A stretch of DNA of 48,384 nucleotides from Clostridia bacterium (GTDB lineage: Bacteria; Bacillota; Clostridia; Oscillospirales; CAG-272): positions 1 through 48,384 of the forward strand of contig JAFTLK010000358.1 in assembly GCA_017455975.1 (NCBI GenBank), given 5' to 3'. Below the pieces are notes generated by a model that worked only from the letters and a program-made list of their open reading frames with translations, was not told the DNA's origin and searched no databases. Below, in pieces: positions 37,296 to 46,895 of the stretch. A program made the translations under genes and the position numbers. Each line of letters starts with the position of its first letter. The stretch's first letter is position 1.

Positions 37296-38442
37296 CATTC
37301 TCGATTATGGTGTGAAAGCAGGTTTGGCAGAACTTCAGACAAAAGAAATACAGTCTGTTCTTGACCTGTGTTGTGACGGAGGCGGTAAGGTCATTTTTCC
37401 GCGCGGTATTTATCGGACTGCAGGTCTTTATATCCATTCCGATACAACCTTGTATCTGGAAGCCGGTTGCTTGATCGAAGGATCGGATAACTGTGACGAT
37501 TATACGGTTTTCCCTTTTCCGGACGGCATGCAGGATCGATCCGATATGGAAATGATACGACAGTATTACGGAAAACCGTGGGCGGAATACCGCCGTGCGA
37601 TCTTCTCTGCCTATCGGGAACAGAACATTGCAATCATCGGCGAAGCAGATTCGATCATTGACGGTGTGAATTGTTATGATCCGAATGGTGAAGAAGGTTA
37701 CCGCGGTCCTCACGGCGTCTACCTCACCAACTGCAAAAACATCACACTTCACGGCTACACCATCCGCCATACGGGCAACTTTATGCATCAGCTGGATCTC
37801 TGCCGCAACACGACGGTCACAAATGTTACCTGCTACGGTGGTTCTGATGCGATCCATCTGCACCATTGCGACGATACCCTGATCGATAGCTGTAAGTTTG
37901 AAACGGGTGACGATTGCATTGCAGGTATCTATGTGACCAATCTGCGTGTCCGCCGCTGTGATCTGAATACGTCCTGTGATGTCTTTCGTATCGGCGGTGT
38001 CCATATTCTTGTTGAGGACTGTCATATTCACGGCCCGGGTGTTTGGCCGCATCGAATGACTGTTGTTAAAGGAAAGAATGATGAATTGCCGCGTCATATG
38101 GGACGTCATAACACCATATGTGTTATGATCTATTTTGCAAGTGTGCACTATCCTGATCCCCAACCGTCACATGATATTGTCTTCCGACGGTGCAGGATTG
38201 AATGCGTTGACAGGTTCCTCATTTATAACCCGAATGATCTGATTCAGTCCGGTACACATCTGACAGAAATTATGTTGGAGGATGTGACCTTTATCGATCT
38301 GAATGAGCCATCTTTTGTCTTTGCTCCCGAAGACGCTCCGCTGACTGTCAGAATGAACAATGTGTCAGCGACATTCCGAGAGGATGCGGTTTCCGATATC
38401 GGAATATTTAACGGTCTTGATCCGAATACTCACATTGTATAA
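37282..38442 (+). CDS. GH28-like / pectin-lyase-fold beta-helix protein
   Basis: YNILDYG, QTKEIQ, VIFPRGIY...LYLEAG, IDG and GSDAIH...ETGDDCIA (GH28-like D...DD). No signal peptide. Confidence 0.8.
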   Translation: MKIYNILDYGVKAGLAELQTKEIQSVLDLCCDGGGKVIFPRGIYRTAGLYIHSDTTLYLEAGCLIEGSDNCDDYTVFPFPDGMQDRSDMEMIRQYYGKPWAEYRRAIFSAYREQNIAIIGEADSIIDGVNCYDPNGEEGYRGPHGVYLTNCKNITLHGYTIRHTGNFMHQLDLCRNTTVTNVTCYGGSDAIHLHHCDDTLIDSCKFETGDDCIAGIYVTNLRVRRCDLNTSCDVFRIGGVHILVEDCHIHGPGVWPHRMTVVKGKNDELPRHMGRHNTICVMIYFASVHYPDPQPSHDIVFRRCRIECVDRFLIYNPNDLIQSGTHLTEIMLEDVTFIDLNEPSFVFAPEDAPLTVRMNNVSATFREDAVSDIGIFNGLDPNTHIV

Positions 38443-38478
38443 CCCAACAGAAACGATCCAATTATCAGGTATTCATTC

Positions 38479-38508
38479 TTGACAAGCCGCAGATAAGTGG
38501 TGTATAAT
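38479..38508 (+). promoter_or_regulatory. sigma-A promoter for the GH38 gene
   Basis: TTGACA-18bp-TATAAT. Confidence 0.65.
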
Positions 38509-38547
38509 GAAAGCAGAAATCACAAATCATCCATCGGAGGTATCAAT

Positions 38548-41409
38548 ATGTCTACCTTATTTCAAAAATACGCAGCATTAAAAAAGCGAATTCCCGGCAA
38601 CCGTGAACGAAACGGCTTTGAGTATTCCTTCGGCATGCCGCGTGAGGAGCAGCAGAATATCACGCCGACCCCGCGGTATATCGTCCGCATTCTGTCCGAG
38701 GTCGAATTTGCCATCCGACTATCAAAGGAACTTGACGGCAAATATGACGCGCTGATCGATGAGGCGCTTGCTTATCTGACCGATGCTGTGGACAACGACG
38801 GCATGCTGACAAAGTCAGTATGCGCAAAAGCCGAGGAAATACTCCTGCCGCTGTCGTCCGATGCAAAAGAATATAAGCTGATCCTCGCGGGTCACGCGCA
38901 CATTGACATGAACTGGCAATGGGGGTGGCATGAAACGGTTGCCGCGACGATTGCCACCTTCCGCACGATGCTGAACATTATGGAGGAATATCCCGATTTC
39001 TGCTTCTCGCAGTCGCAGACCTCGGTATATAAGATCATCGACGATTACGCGCCCGAAATGCACGACGAGATCAAAGTACGCATCGACGAGGGTCGCTGGG
39101 AGATCACCGCGTCCGCATGGGTCGAAACCGATAAAAACATGCCGTCTGGCGAATCGCTGATGCGGCATATCAAGTATACCAAAGAATATCTGCGCGACAA
39201 GTGGGGCATTTCTCCCGATAAGCTGGAAATTGACTTCTCGCCCGATACCTTCGGTCATTCCGCGAATCTTCCGGAAATCGATGCGCAGGGCGGTGTGAAG
39301 TATTACTACCATTGCCGCGGTCTTGCGGAAAATACGGCTCTTTACCGCTGGAGAGGGCAGTCAGGACGGGAGCTGCTGATGTACCGCGAGCAGTATTGGT
39401 ACAACAGCGGCATCACACCCGAGCCTGCCATGGGTCTGTTCGATGTTGTCCGCCGCCAAGCGGGACTGAAGACGGGACTGGTCGTTTACGGTGTCGGTGA
39501 CCACGGCGGCGGACCGACCAGACGTGACGTCGAGCGCGGTATGGAAATGATGGATTGGCCCATCTTCCCGACGGTCAAGTTCGGCACGTTCCGTGAATTC
39601 TTCAAGGAAGCGGAATCGGTGCGCGACGCACTTCCCGTTGTCGAAAAAGAGCTGAATGTCATTTTCCCCGGCTGCTATACGACACAGACCCGTATCAAGC
39701 GCGGCAATCGCCGTGCAGAGCTGGCACTCGGTGAAGCGGAAGCCGTATCCGCTTGTGCAAGTGTTTCCATCGGCGCAAAGGTACGCCGTACCGCCATTGA
39801 AGCGGCATGGCAGAAGGTACTTCTGTCGCACTTCCATGACATTCTGACAGGCTCCTGCGTACAGGATGCACGTGAACACGCAATGGGCGAATATCAGAAT
39901 GTTCTTGCCACCGCCAATTCTGAGATCGGTCTGACACTCGGCAAGCTTTCCGCGCAGATTGATACCTCGATGATTCCGATGCAAAAAGATATCAACGCAC
40001 AGTCCGAGGGTGCCGGTGTCGGTTATCAGATCAGCACCTATGCAGGACGCGGCCTGGTCGAGCGCGGTATGGGTCTGACGCGCATCTGGCATGTCTTCAA
40101 CAATACCTTTGCTGACAAGGCTGAGCCTGTCGAGATCACTGTCTGGGACTGGACGGGCGATATGCGTTGGATCCGTGTTACCGATGCCGACGGTCAGCCG
40201 CTGGATTTCCAGCTTGTGGATGGCGGTCTTCAGCACTATTGGGATCACAAATACTTCCGTATTCTCGTCCGGGTGCAGGCAAAGGCGCTTTCTTATACCA
40301 CAGTCGTTCTGTCGCAGGGCGAGATGGGCGAATATCCTGTTTACCTCTATCCCGCAAACGAACGTCATACGCCGCAGAGCAATTATGTTCTGGAAAATGA
40401 GCACATCCGCTGTGAATTTGACTATGCGACGGGTGAGATGCTCTCCATGACCGACAAGGCTGACGGGCGCGAATATCTTGCACCCGGCACACGCGCGGCG
40501 CTGTGTTACATCGATACAAACCGCCACAATTCCAACGCATGGGAGATCGGTACGCATCTGAAGACAACGCCGATCACCGACGTGACCAACATCCGCGCGA
40601 CGATGGGCGGCAGTCTGCGGTCTGCATTTGCCTTTGATGCAAAGATCGCAAACTCCCGCGTGACGGTGGAATATTCGCTTGACCGCGGTGCTCACGCTGT
40701 CCGCGCGGCAATCAGGGTCGATTGGTCTGAGGTCGGGGGCGAAACCGTTCCCGTGCTGGCGTATGTACTGCCTGCGTCCTATCATGCAGACGGATTCCTC
40801 TATGACATTCCCGCAGGCACGATCGTCCGTGCGGCGGCAGAGGAGGACATGCCCGGTCAGAGCATGATCTGCGCCGTTTCGGGCGGGGAGCGCAACCTCG
40901 GCATCATCACCGATTCCAAGTACGGCTTCCGCGGTGTCGAGCGCGACGGTCACGCGGTGCTGTACTCCACGCTGATCAACTCGGCAACCAGCCCCGATCC
41001 GTATCCCGAACGCGGCATTCACGAGATCGTTCTGCATGTCGGCTTGCTTTCGGCAAAGCCTGCGGATGCCGTCAGGACCGCTCATTCTCACAACCGCCCG
41101 ATGACGCCCGTCAGCGCATCGTATCACAAGGGAACCTTGCCGCCCGCGGGTACGTTCTTCCGGATTGATGCGCCGGATGCGATGGTATCGAGCGTGACAA
41201 ACAACGATGATGGCAGCATTACCGTACGGATGTATTCGCTGTCCGATCAGGAGAGCTGCGCGGTTCTTTACACGCAGAGGTCACCTGTATCGGCGGAAGC
41301 CGTTGATCTGTTTGGTGCTGCAGTCCCCGGTGACTGTGCGGTAAACGATGATTGTGTCACCGTTACCCTGCCGCCGCGCGGCATTGTTTCGGTGAAGATC
41401 GGGTTCTGA
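38548..41409 (+). CDS. GH38 alpha-mannosidase-family glycoside hydrolase
   Basis: GHAHIDMNWQW, WVETDKNMPSGESL, PDTFGH (nucleophile), YGVGDHGGGPT, FHDILTG and DSKYG; GGAGG RBS before ATG 38548. Confidence 0.95.
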   Translation: MSTLFQKYAALKKRIPGNRERNGFEYSFGMPREEQQNITPTPRYIVRILSEVEFAIRLSKELDGKYDALIDEALAYLTDAVDNDGMLTKSVCAKAEEILLPLSSDAKEYKLILAGHAHIDMNWQWGWHETVAATIATFRTMLNIMEEYPDFCFSQSQTSVYKIIDDYAPEMHDEIKVRIDEGRWEITASAWVETDKNMPSGESLMRHIKYTKEYLRDKWGISPDKLEIDFSPDTFGHSANLPEIDAQGGVKYYYHCRGLAENTALYRWRGQSGRELLMYREQYWYNSGITPEPAMGLFDVVRRQAGLKTGLVVYGVGDHGGGPTRRDVERGMEMMDWPIFPTVKFGTFREFFKEAESVRDALPVVEKELNVIFPGCYTTQTRIKRGNRRAELALGEAEAVSACASVSIGAKVRRTAIEAAWQKVLLSHFHDILTGSCVQDAREHAMGEYQNVLATANSEIGLTLGKLSAQIDTSMIPMQKDINAQSEGAGVGYQISTYAGRGLVERGMGLTRIWHVFNNTFADKAEPVEITVWDWTGDMRWIRVTDADGQPLDFQLVDGGLQHYWDHKYFRILVRVQAKALSYTTVVLSQGEMGEYPVYLYPANERHTPQSNYVLENEHIRCEFDYATGEMLSMTDKADGREYLAPGTRAALCYIDTNRHNSNAWEIGTHLKTTPITDVTNIRATMGGSLRSAFAFDAKIANSRVTVEYSLDRGAHAVRAAIRVDWSEVGGETVPVLAYVLPASYHADGFLYDIPAGTIVRAAAEEDMPGQSMICAVSGGERNLGIITDSKYGFRGVERDGHAVLYSTLINSATSPDPYPERGIHEIVLHVGLLSAKPADAVRTAHSHNRPMTPVSASYHKGTLPPAGTFFRIDAPDAMVSSVTNNDDGSITVRMYSLSDQESCAVLYTQRSPVSAEAVDLFGAAVPGDCAVNDDCVTVTLPPRGIVSVKIGF

Positions 41410-41422
41410 TAACTGTATCTGA

Positions 41423-41812
41423 TTGGTATATCAGGGGCTTGGGGCCAGATTGTGTCAAAAGTATTATCATATCGTGGATGAATATGCTACCGGCTGGGTA
41501 ATCCCGACAACAAGCAGCAAGACAGAGATGACAGATGTTGTTCTGGAATATATGTTGTATGCATCCGCACCTCTGGTCGAGGCTGTATATGAGACAACAC
41601 TCAAAGGAAAACGTCTGGACAGCCCGAATGATGCGGAAATGCTCGATCTTGTCCGAAAGACGACCTGGTATGAGATCACATTTGTGCTTGATACAGGTAT
41701 CCGTACGATGATGGAATCTGCTGTGAAAAACGGCAATATTGCATCGGGATATGAGAAACAATCAAAGAAGATCAGTAAAAAACTGGAGGATTACTGCATG
41801 AGTGAGCAGTAA
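41423..41812 (+). pseudogene. C-terminal fragment of a third solute-binding lipoprotein
   Basis: YYHIV...VIPTT...LEYMLY...YETTLKGKRLDSPNDAEMLDLV aligns by eye with the C-terminus of the SBP at 28433 (YETALKTKYARDNESEKMLSII). No signal peptide or RBS. Confidence 0.7.
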
Positions 41813-42284
41813 TCCCGCCGTACAGGCTGACATAACAGAACTGCTTCATGCAAAACAGGTATGGAGCGGTTTCACTTTTCGTTTGGCTGACAGTGGCTGA
41901 TTCCCGTGAAAAATCCGTTTTGTGATGTGCTGTGTCTGACAAACCACATGAGAAAAATGTTGGATTGTGATATCATGAGTGATGCAGAATTGTTCTCGAA
42001 GACATATACTGATTGAACGCTTCCTACTGAAAATCAATGATGACTATTTCGGAACTTATTATCCTCGTTATTGTTATACCGATTTTTTTACCGATTTTTT
42101 TGCACAGCATTACGAAAAGATACTGGTATTTCAGGATCTTTTTCTACCTCTTGTACTTTTTCGGCATAACTTTTTCGGTATAATAATAGCAAGCGGGGTC
42201 CTGTGCTATCACAGAACGAAAATGGCTCGGTTTTGGCTTATTCAAGCCAATTTCCGAGCCATTTTTGCTTGTTGGGGAGAACCC

Positions 42285-42956
42285 CAGAGTGTGTCAAAAC
42301 TCAATCTGGAGCCTCCCCATACTTTTGGACCGACACGCCCCAAGCCCCGGAAATAAAAAAACGAATGATTTTCATGCCGTGAGGCATTCAATCATTCGTT
42401 CAACTCCTAATATATTGATCGCCCTTTTCATATTAAATGCCGTGAAGGCGAGCGAAATCTCACCAGTTACTTTCTCTTTTCCACATAAGAGAAGATAACT
42501 GATGCCAAGAGCTCTCTTTATAGTGCCGAAGGTATGTTCAATAATACTTTTACGTTGCCTGGTGATCGTTCGGTTGGCTCTTACTTTGATTTGTTTGATA
42601 TATAAATCAGCATCATTGAAGTCTTTACTGTACTCGGAATAGTCCACTTGCCGTTCCGCCTCCTTATATCTGGAAGCAGTACACTTGCATTTACAGGCAG
42701 CACAAGCTTTGAAGTTGTAGTATTTAACAATACGTTTATTCTTGTTAAAAGTTTTTGGGTAAAGCGGTTGTCCCATAGGACAAATAAATATATTTCGTTC
42801 GGGAATGTATACACATCGACCCGTGGAATAGCTGATTACCTCCTCTGCATCTTCGGGTTTACAGGGGATACAAATGTCGTAATTTGCGCCGCAAACATGT
42901 GGATCAAATACATCTGCAATAAGACCGGCAACGTCACTTGCACTGTCATATTGTGT
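42285..42956 (-). mobile_element. Truncated IS1182-family element (transposase C-terminal part plus probable right end)
   Basis: Open frame 42956-42372: QYDSASDV...FICPMGQPL...RQRKSIIEHTFGTIKRALG...GEISLAFTAFNMKRAINILG. End-like TTTTGACACACTCTG at about 42299-42285. It is a different subgroup from the intact copy. Confidence 0.8.
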
Positions 42957-42959
42957 TTA

Positions 42960-43147
42960 TCGTTATTTACGAAGGACGGAGTTGTAAAAATAAAGCGAAA
43001 TTCGTCCAACCCTTTCAATTGCTCTATCAATTCATTGAACGCATACATAGAGAAGCACGACGCAGCAATCGACATTTTACTGCCTTTCTTTATACTGGAT
43101 ATAAGATTATCACGCAACAATTCAGTATTATTGTCAATAATTTTCAT
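42960..43147 (-). pseudogene. N-terminal fragment of an SNF2-like helicase of the type found with restriction-modification loci
   Basis: MKIIDNNTELLRDNL...KGSKMSIAASCFSMYAFNEL...FRFIFTTPSF with a GGAGG RBS, fused directly to the IS1182 remnant. The family was recognised from memory. Confidence 0.6.
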
Positions 43148-43193
43148 ATGCTCCTCCATATTAGTATTTATTTTCGTTAAAGCAAATACCAAC

Positions 43194-43433
43194 AAAGGTA
43201 TTTCCATTGACAATTTTACTTAGGATACTGTCAATCTGATTTTCTCTCATGTCAATGCTGTCAAGTGTAAACAGTTTAACAGCAAAAGTGCTTACGATAT
43301 GTTTACGTTTTACTATTCTGAAGCTCTTGCCTCAGCCTTGGGTATTTCCTTTGTTCCTGCCACCGAGGTTGTTCAATCGCCGAAATTACTGGCTGATTCC
43401 TTCTTGAATAAATGCAGTCTTAGTTGCATTTAG
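43194..43433 (+). pseudogene. C-terminal remnant of an IS30-like transposase with an internal stop
   Basis: KGISIDNFT*DTVNLIFSHVNAVKCKQFNSKSAYDMFTFYYSEALASALGISFVPATEVVQSPKLL resembles clostridial IS30 C-termini (PKGxSFD...HINS..R..LNGKSPY). Confidence 0.6.
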
Positions 43434-43692
43434 TCTGAGAAATCTACCTCTCAGGCTTTTTCGTCTTGCGCTTTTTGCGTTGCTTTTGTGCCTTTTGAGG
43501 CGTTTCTGGCCGTTTTCTCATACTTACTGCACTTGGTTCCTCTCGGTAAATGCTATGTCTTTGCTTCTGTTGCATTTACTTTGAGAATTTACGGAAGATT
43601 GGTAAAGAATTGTGAAGTTTACGGTTGTCTGTGAGAATGAGAAGTTTGTGCAGACGGTGATTGCACAAATTCCTTTGACTTTCGTTCCCTCC

Positions 43693-44541
43693 CTACTCCC
43701 GCCGCTTATACTGCAGCGGCGTCACGCCTTCCGCTGCGCGGAAGATTTTGATAAACCCTGAGCAGTCGCCGAAGCCGGTACGGTAGCAGGTCTCGGTCAC
43801 CGATGCACCGGAATCGAGCAGCAGCTTCGCATGGCTGATGCGGCATCCGGTGAGATACCCGTGTACGCTTATGCCCGTGTACCTGCGGAACAGCCGCGTC
43901 AGATAGGTCACGCTGCATCCCGCATGGGCGGCGATATCGGAAAGCCCGTCGATTTCCGCATAGCGCGTATGGATGTATTCCAACGCAGTGGAGATGACGG
44001 CGGGCATGGCGGAGGCCAGCGGATGGCGCTTCTGCGTGTCGTACAATGTCAGGCAGTATTCCAGCACCACAATCAAACAGCCGAACAGCCGCAGCGATGC
44101 CGCCTCACCGCCGTTTTGCAGCAGCGCGGCCATTCGTTCCGCCAGCCGCAACAGCTCCGCGCGAATCTCCGGAGGTGGTGAAAGATGATTCACACGATCG
44201 GCTGTGGTATCCTCGAACATGTAGGCGAAGGCCTCGCCGCCGAAGTCGGCGAGCAGGGAAGCGGGAATGAGGATTGTCAGGTATTCGTGCTCGCCCTCCT
44301 TTAGAATCCGCGCGAAGTGGATCTCCTCCGGTCGGAACAGTACCACGTCTCCGCGGATTAGATGGTCGATGCTGCCGCTCGTCACGGCGGCCATGCCATC
44401 ACGGAGCAGAATCGACAGCTTGTATCGGTCGTACAGCGTGATACAGGTATCCTCCAACAGGAACGTCTTTTTGTAATACTGAAAACAAGCGGTTTCGCTT
44501 GCCGGATGCACAGTGATCTCCTTGCTGATTTCGATTGTCAT
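43693..44541 (-). CDS. AraC-family transcriptional regulator
   Basis: LFRPEEIH cupin; LSDIAAHAGCSVTYLTRLF and TGFGDCSGFIKIF...VTPLQYK. Confidence 0.93.
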   Translation of the reverse strand: MTIEISKEITVHPASETACFQYYKKTFLLEDTCITLYDRYKLSILLRDGMAAVTSGSIDHLIRGDVVLFRPEEIHFARILKEGEHEYLTILIPASLLADFGGEAFAYMFEDTTADRVNHLSPPPEIRAELLRLAERMAALLQNGGEAASLRLFGCLIVVLEYCLTLYDTQKRHPLASAMPAVISTALEYIHTRYAEIDGLSDIAAHAGCSVTYLTRLFRRYTGISVHGYLTGCRISHAKLLLDSGASVTETCYRTGFGDCSGFIKIFRAAEGVTPLQYKRRE

Positions 44542-44660
44542 ACTGCCTCCTGTGTCAGAATTGACGATTATTTCACTCGGATTTACCTATACAGAGAATC
44601 TGAAAGATGCTATAATAATAGCATACTTTTCATTAAATTTCAATAGAATGAGGAGAAAAA

Positions 44661-46790
44661 ATGATAAATATCGACACCCCCGTAACTGCCCGTGTACAGC
44701 ATTTGCGCGAGCATTATCTCAACCACTCGCCCATGTCCACAAACCGCGATCTCGTGGCGTGGAAGTGCCACCGGTCGCTTTACTATTATGTGGAGGGCTG
44801 GATGCACGAATCCCACGCCGCCACGGTGAGACTCCGCCACGCCGGTGCGGAGGGGTACATGCTCCGCCGCATCGCGCCGGTCATCGAGCCGGGCGAGCTG
44901 ATCGTCGGCCAGCCGGATTTCACGCCGTTTTCCGAGGAGGAGCAGCAGAAATACGACCAGTACCGCAGCCTCGAATGGAACGTGATCCCGCCCAAGCGCG
45001 GCCGCGCGGATCATCTTGGCCCGGATTTCACGCTGTTATTGGAAAAGGGCATCATCGGCATGCTGGCGCTGCTAAATGAGAAGGCGGATGCGCTCGATCT
45101 TTCGGATGGAGAAAATGTGCAGAAATGGGAGTATTACAACTGCTGTAGAATTGAGCTGGAGGGTCTGCTTGATCTGGCGGAGCGGTACGCTGCTCATGCG
45201 GACGCGCTGGCGGAGGAGGCTGAGGGCGATACCAAACGGGAGCTGCGCAAGCTGGCTGCGGTACTGCATCAGGTGCCCGCGCATCCGGCGCGCACTTTCC
45301 GTGAGGCGCTGCAGAGCGTACAGCTCTTCAAATACAGCCTGTTCGGGCTGTATTCCTTCGGACATATCGACCGCTGGCTGCTGCCCTATTACCGCCGCGA
45401 CATCGAGGCGGGCATCCTCACGCCGGAGACGGCGCAGGAGCTTGTGGACTGCTTCATGTTGATGAGCGTGCCCAACATGAGCGCGTGGGCTGCAGAAGGT
45501 CTGATGCTCGGCGGCCGAACAGCGGACGGAACGCCGGTTGAAAATGAGTTGACATGGCATTTCCTTGCCGCCATCGCGCATACGCACATCCCCGACCCGA
45601 ACGTGGGCTTCTGCGTGACGCGGGACACCTCGCCGGAGATTCTGCATTATGCGGCGGAGCTGATTACAGCACACCATGCACAGCCGCAGATCTGGAACAG
45701 CGATGCGGTGACGGCATCCATGCTGCAAAACGGCTTCGAGGCGGACGCGGCGAACAATTTCACCCTCTCCACCTGCGTGGAGGTGACGCCCGTGGGCATG
45801 TCTGGCATCTCCATCACCAGCCCGTACATCAATCTTCTGCAGATTTTCCTCGATTCCCTGAAAGCCTGCCCTTCCGATGCGGATTTCGAGACGATTTTTG
45901 ATCATTTCCACAAGGAATTTGGCGAACGTGCAAAAAAAGCGATTCTGATTGAGAATCTCTTCCAGCTGGAACGCGGGCGGAATTACCACGATCCCGCGCG
46001 GGTTTCGGTGCTCATTCACGACTGCATCGAGCGCGGCCGCTCCCACGATGACAGCGGCGCGCGGTACAATCATCTCGAACCGAACATCCTCGGTATGTCC
46101 AATGTCATCGAAAGCCTGAATGTGCTGCATGAGCTGATCTACCGGCGCGGCAGGCTGACGCTGGATGAATTCCGGCAGGCGCTGGCGGACAATTACGAGG
46201 GGCACGAGGCACTGCTTTCTGAAATTCGCCAGCACGTGGTACACTTCGGCAACGATACACCGGAAACCAACGCCATGGCCAAGCGTGTGGCGGACATGGT
46301 GCTTGACACATTCAAACCCATGAAAACGGTGCGCGGCGCGCACATTGTGCCGGGCGCATTCTCCTACCGGGAACATGAGATTCAGGGGCAGAAAACGCCC
46401 GCATCGCCGGATGGGCGTGTAGCAGGGCAGCCGCTGAACGATGCCTCCTGCCCGGTGCAGGGCTACGACGTGAGCGGACCGACCGCATCGCTGCTGTCCA
46501 CTGCATCGTGGGAACCGTCGCGCTTCCTTGGCGGCACCTCGGTGAATGTGAAGCTGCCGCGGAACATTTCGCCGGAACACGTGGTGGGCATTATCCGGGG
46601 ATACCTCGAAACCAAGGGGGCGCAGCTCCAATTCAACGTGTACAATGTGGAGGAGCTGCACGACGCAAAGGTACATCCGGAGCGCCACCGCGATCTGCTG
46701 GTGCGCATCGGCGGCTACAGCGATTTCTTCGTGAAGCTGCCGGAGAGCCTGCAGAATGAAGTAATCTCGCGAACACAGAATGAAAATTAA
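44661..46790 (+). CDS. Glycyl radical enzyme (PFL-like family), substrate unknown
   Basis: PGELIVG, PARTFREALQ, FGHIDR, Cys loop TCVE, FGND, ASPDGR...PLND, GPTA and the glycyl loop LLVRIGGYS. Confidence 0.93.
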   Translation: MINIDTPVTARVQHLREHYLNHSPMSTNRDLVAWKCHRSLYYYVEGWMHESHAATVRLRHAGAEGYMLRRIAPVIEPGELIVGQPDFTPFSEEEQQKYDQYRSLEWNVIPPKRGRADHLGPDFTLLLEKGIIGMLALLNEKADALDLSDGENVQKWEYYNCCRIELEGLLDLAERYAAHADALAEEAEGDTKRELRKLAAVLHQVPAHPARTFREALQSVQLFKYSLFGLYSFGHIDRWLLPYYRRDIEAGILTPETAQELVDCFMLMSVPNMSAWAAEGLMLGGRTADGTPVENELTWHFLAAIAHTHIPDPNVGFCVTRDTSPEILHYAAELITAHHAQPQIWNSDAVTASMLQNGFEADAANNFTLSTCVEVTPVGMSGISITSPYINLLQIFLDSLKACPSDADFETIFDHFHKEFGERAKKAILIENLFQLERGRNYHDPARVSVLIHDCIERGRSHDDSGARYNHLEPNILGMSNVIESLNVLHELIYRRGRLTLDEFRQALADNYEGHEALLSEIRQHVVHFGNDTPETNAMAKRVADMVLDTFKPMKTVRGAHIVPGAFSYREHEIQGQKTPASPDGRVAGQPLNDASCPVQGYDVSGPTASLLSTASWEPSRFLGGTSVNVKLPRNISPEHVVGIIRGYLETKGAQLQFNVYNVEELHDAKVHPERHRDLLVRIGGYSDFFVKLPESLQNEVISRTQNEN

Positions 46791-46895
46791 AGGAGTATAG
46801 CGTGAAAGTAATGTTTACCCCGTCCCCCAAAAGGCATAACTAAAAAGCCCTGCAATAAAGAAATTTATTGCAAGGCGAAACACAGAAAGGAAATC

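Noticed and set aside
39361-41127. 588-aa minus-strand ORF
   Set aside because: Shadow of the GH38 gene.
43221-43223. In-frame TAG as pyrrolysine or programmed readthrough
   Set aside because: It lies in a start-less transposase remnant, so a simple CAG-to-TAG decay is more parsimonious.
45072-46688. 538-aa minus-strand ORF
   Set aside because: Shadow of the glycyl radical enzyme.
46802-46843. Short ORF GTG-KVMFTPSPKRHN after the AAGGAG RBS, as the start of the next gene
   Set aside because: More likely the IS110 right end read backwards, since it overlaps the donor-matching sequence. Not fully excluded.
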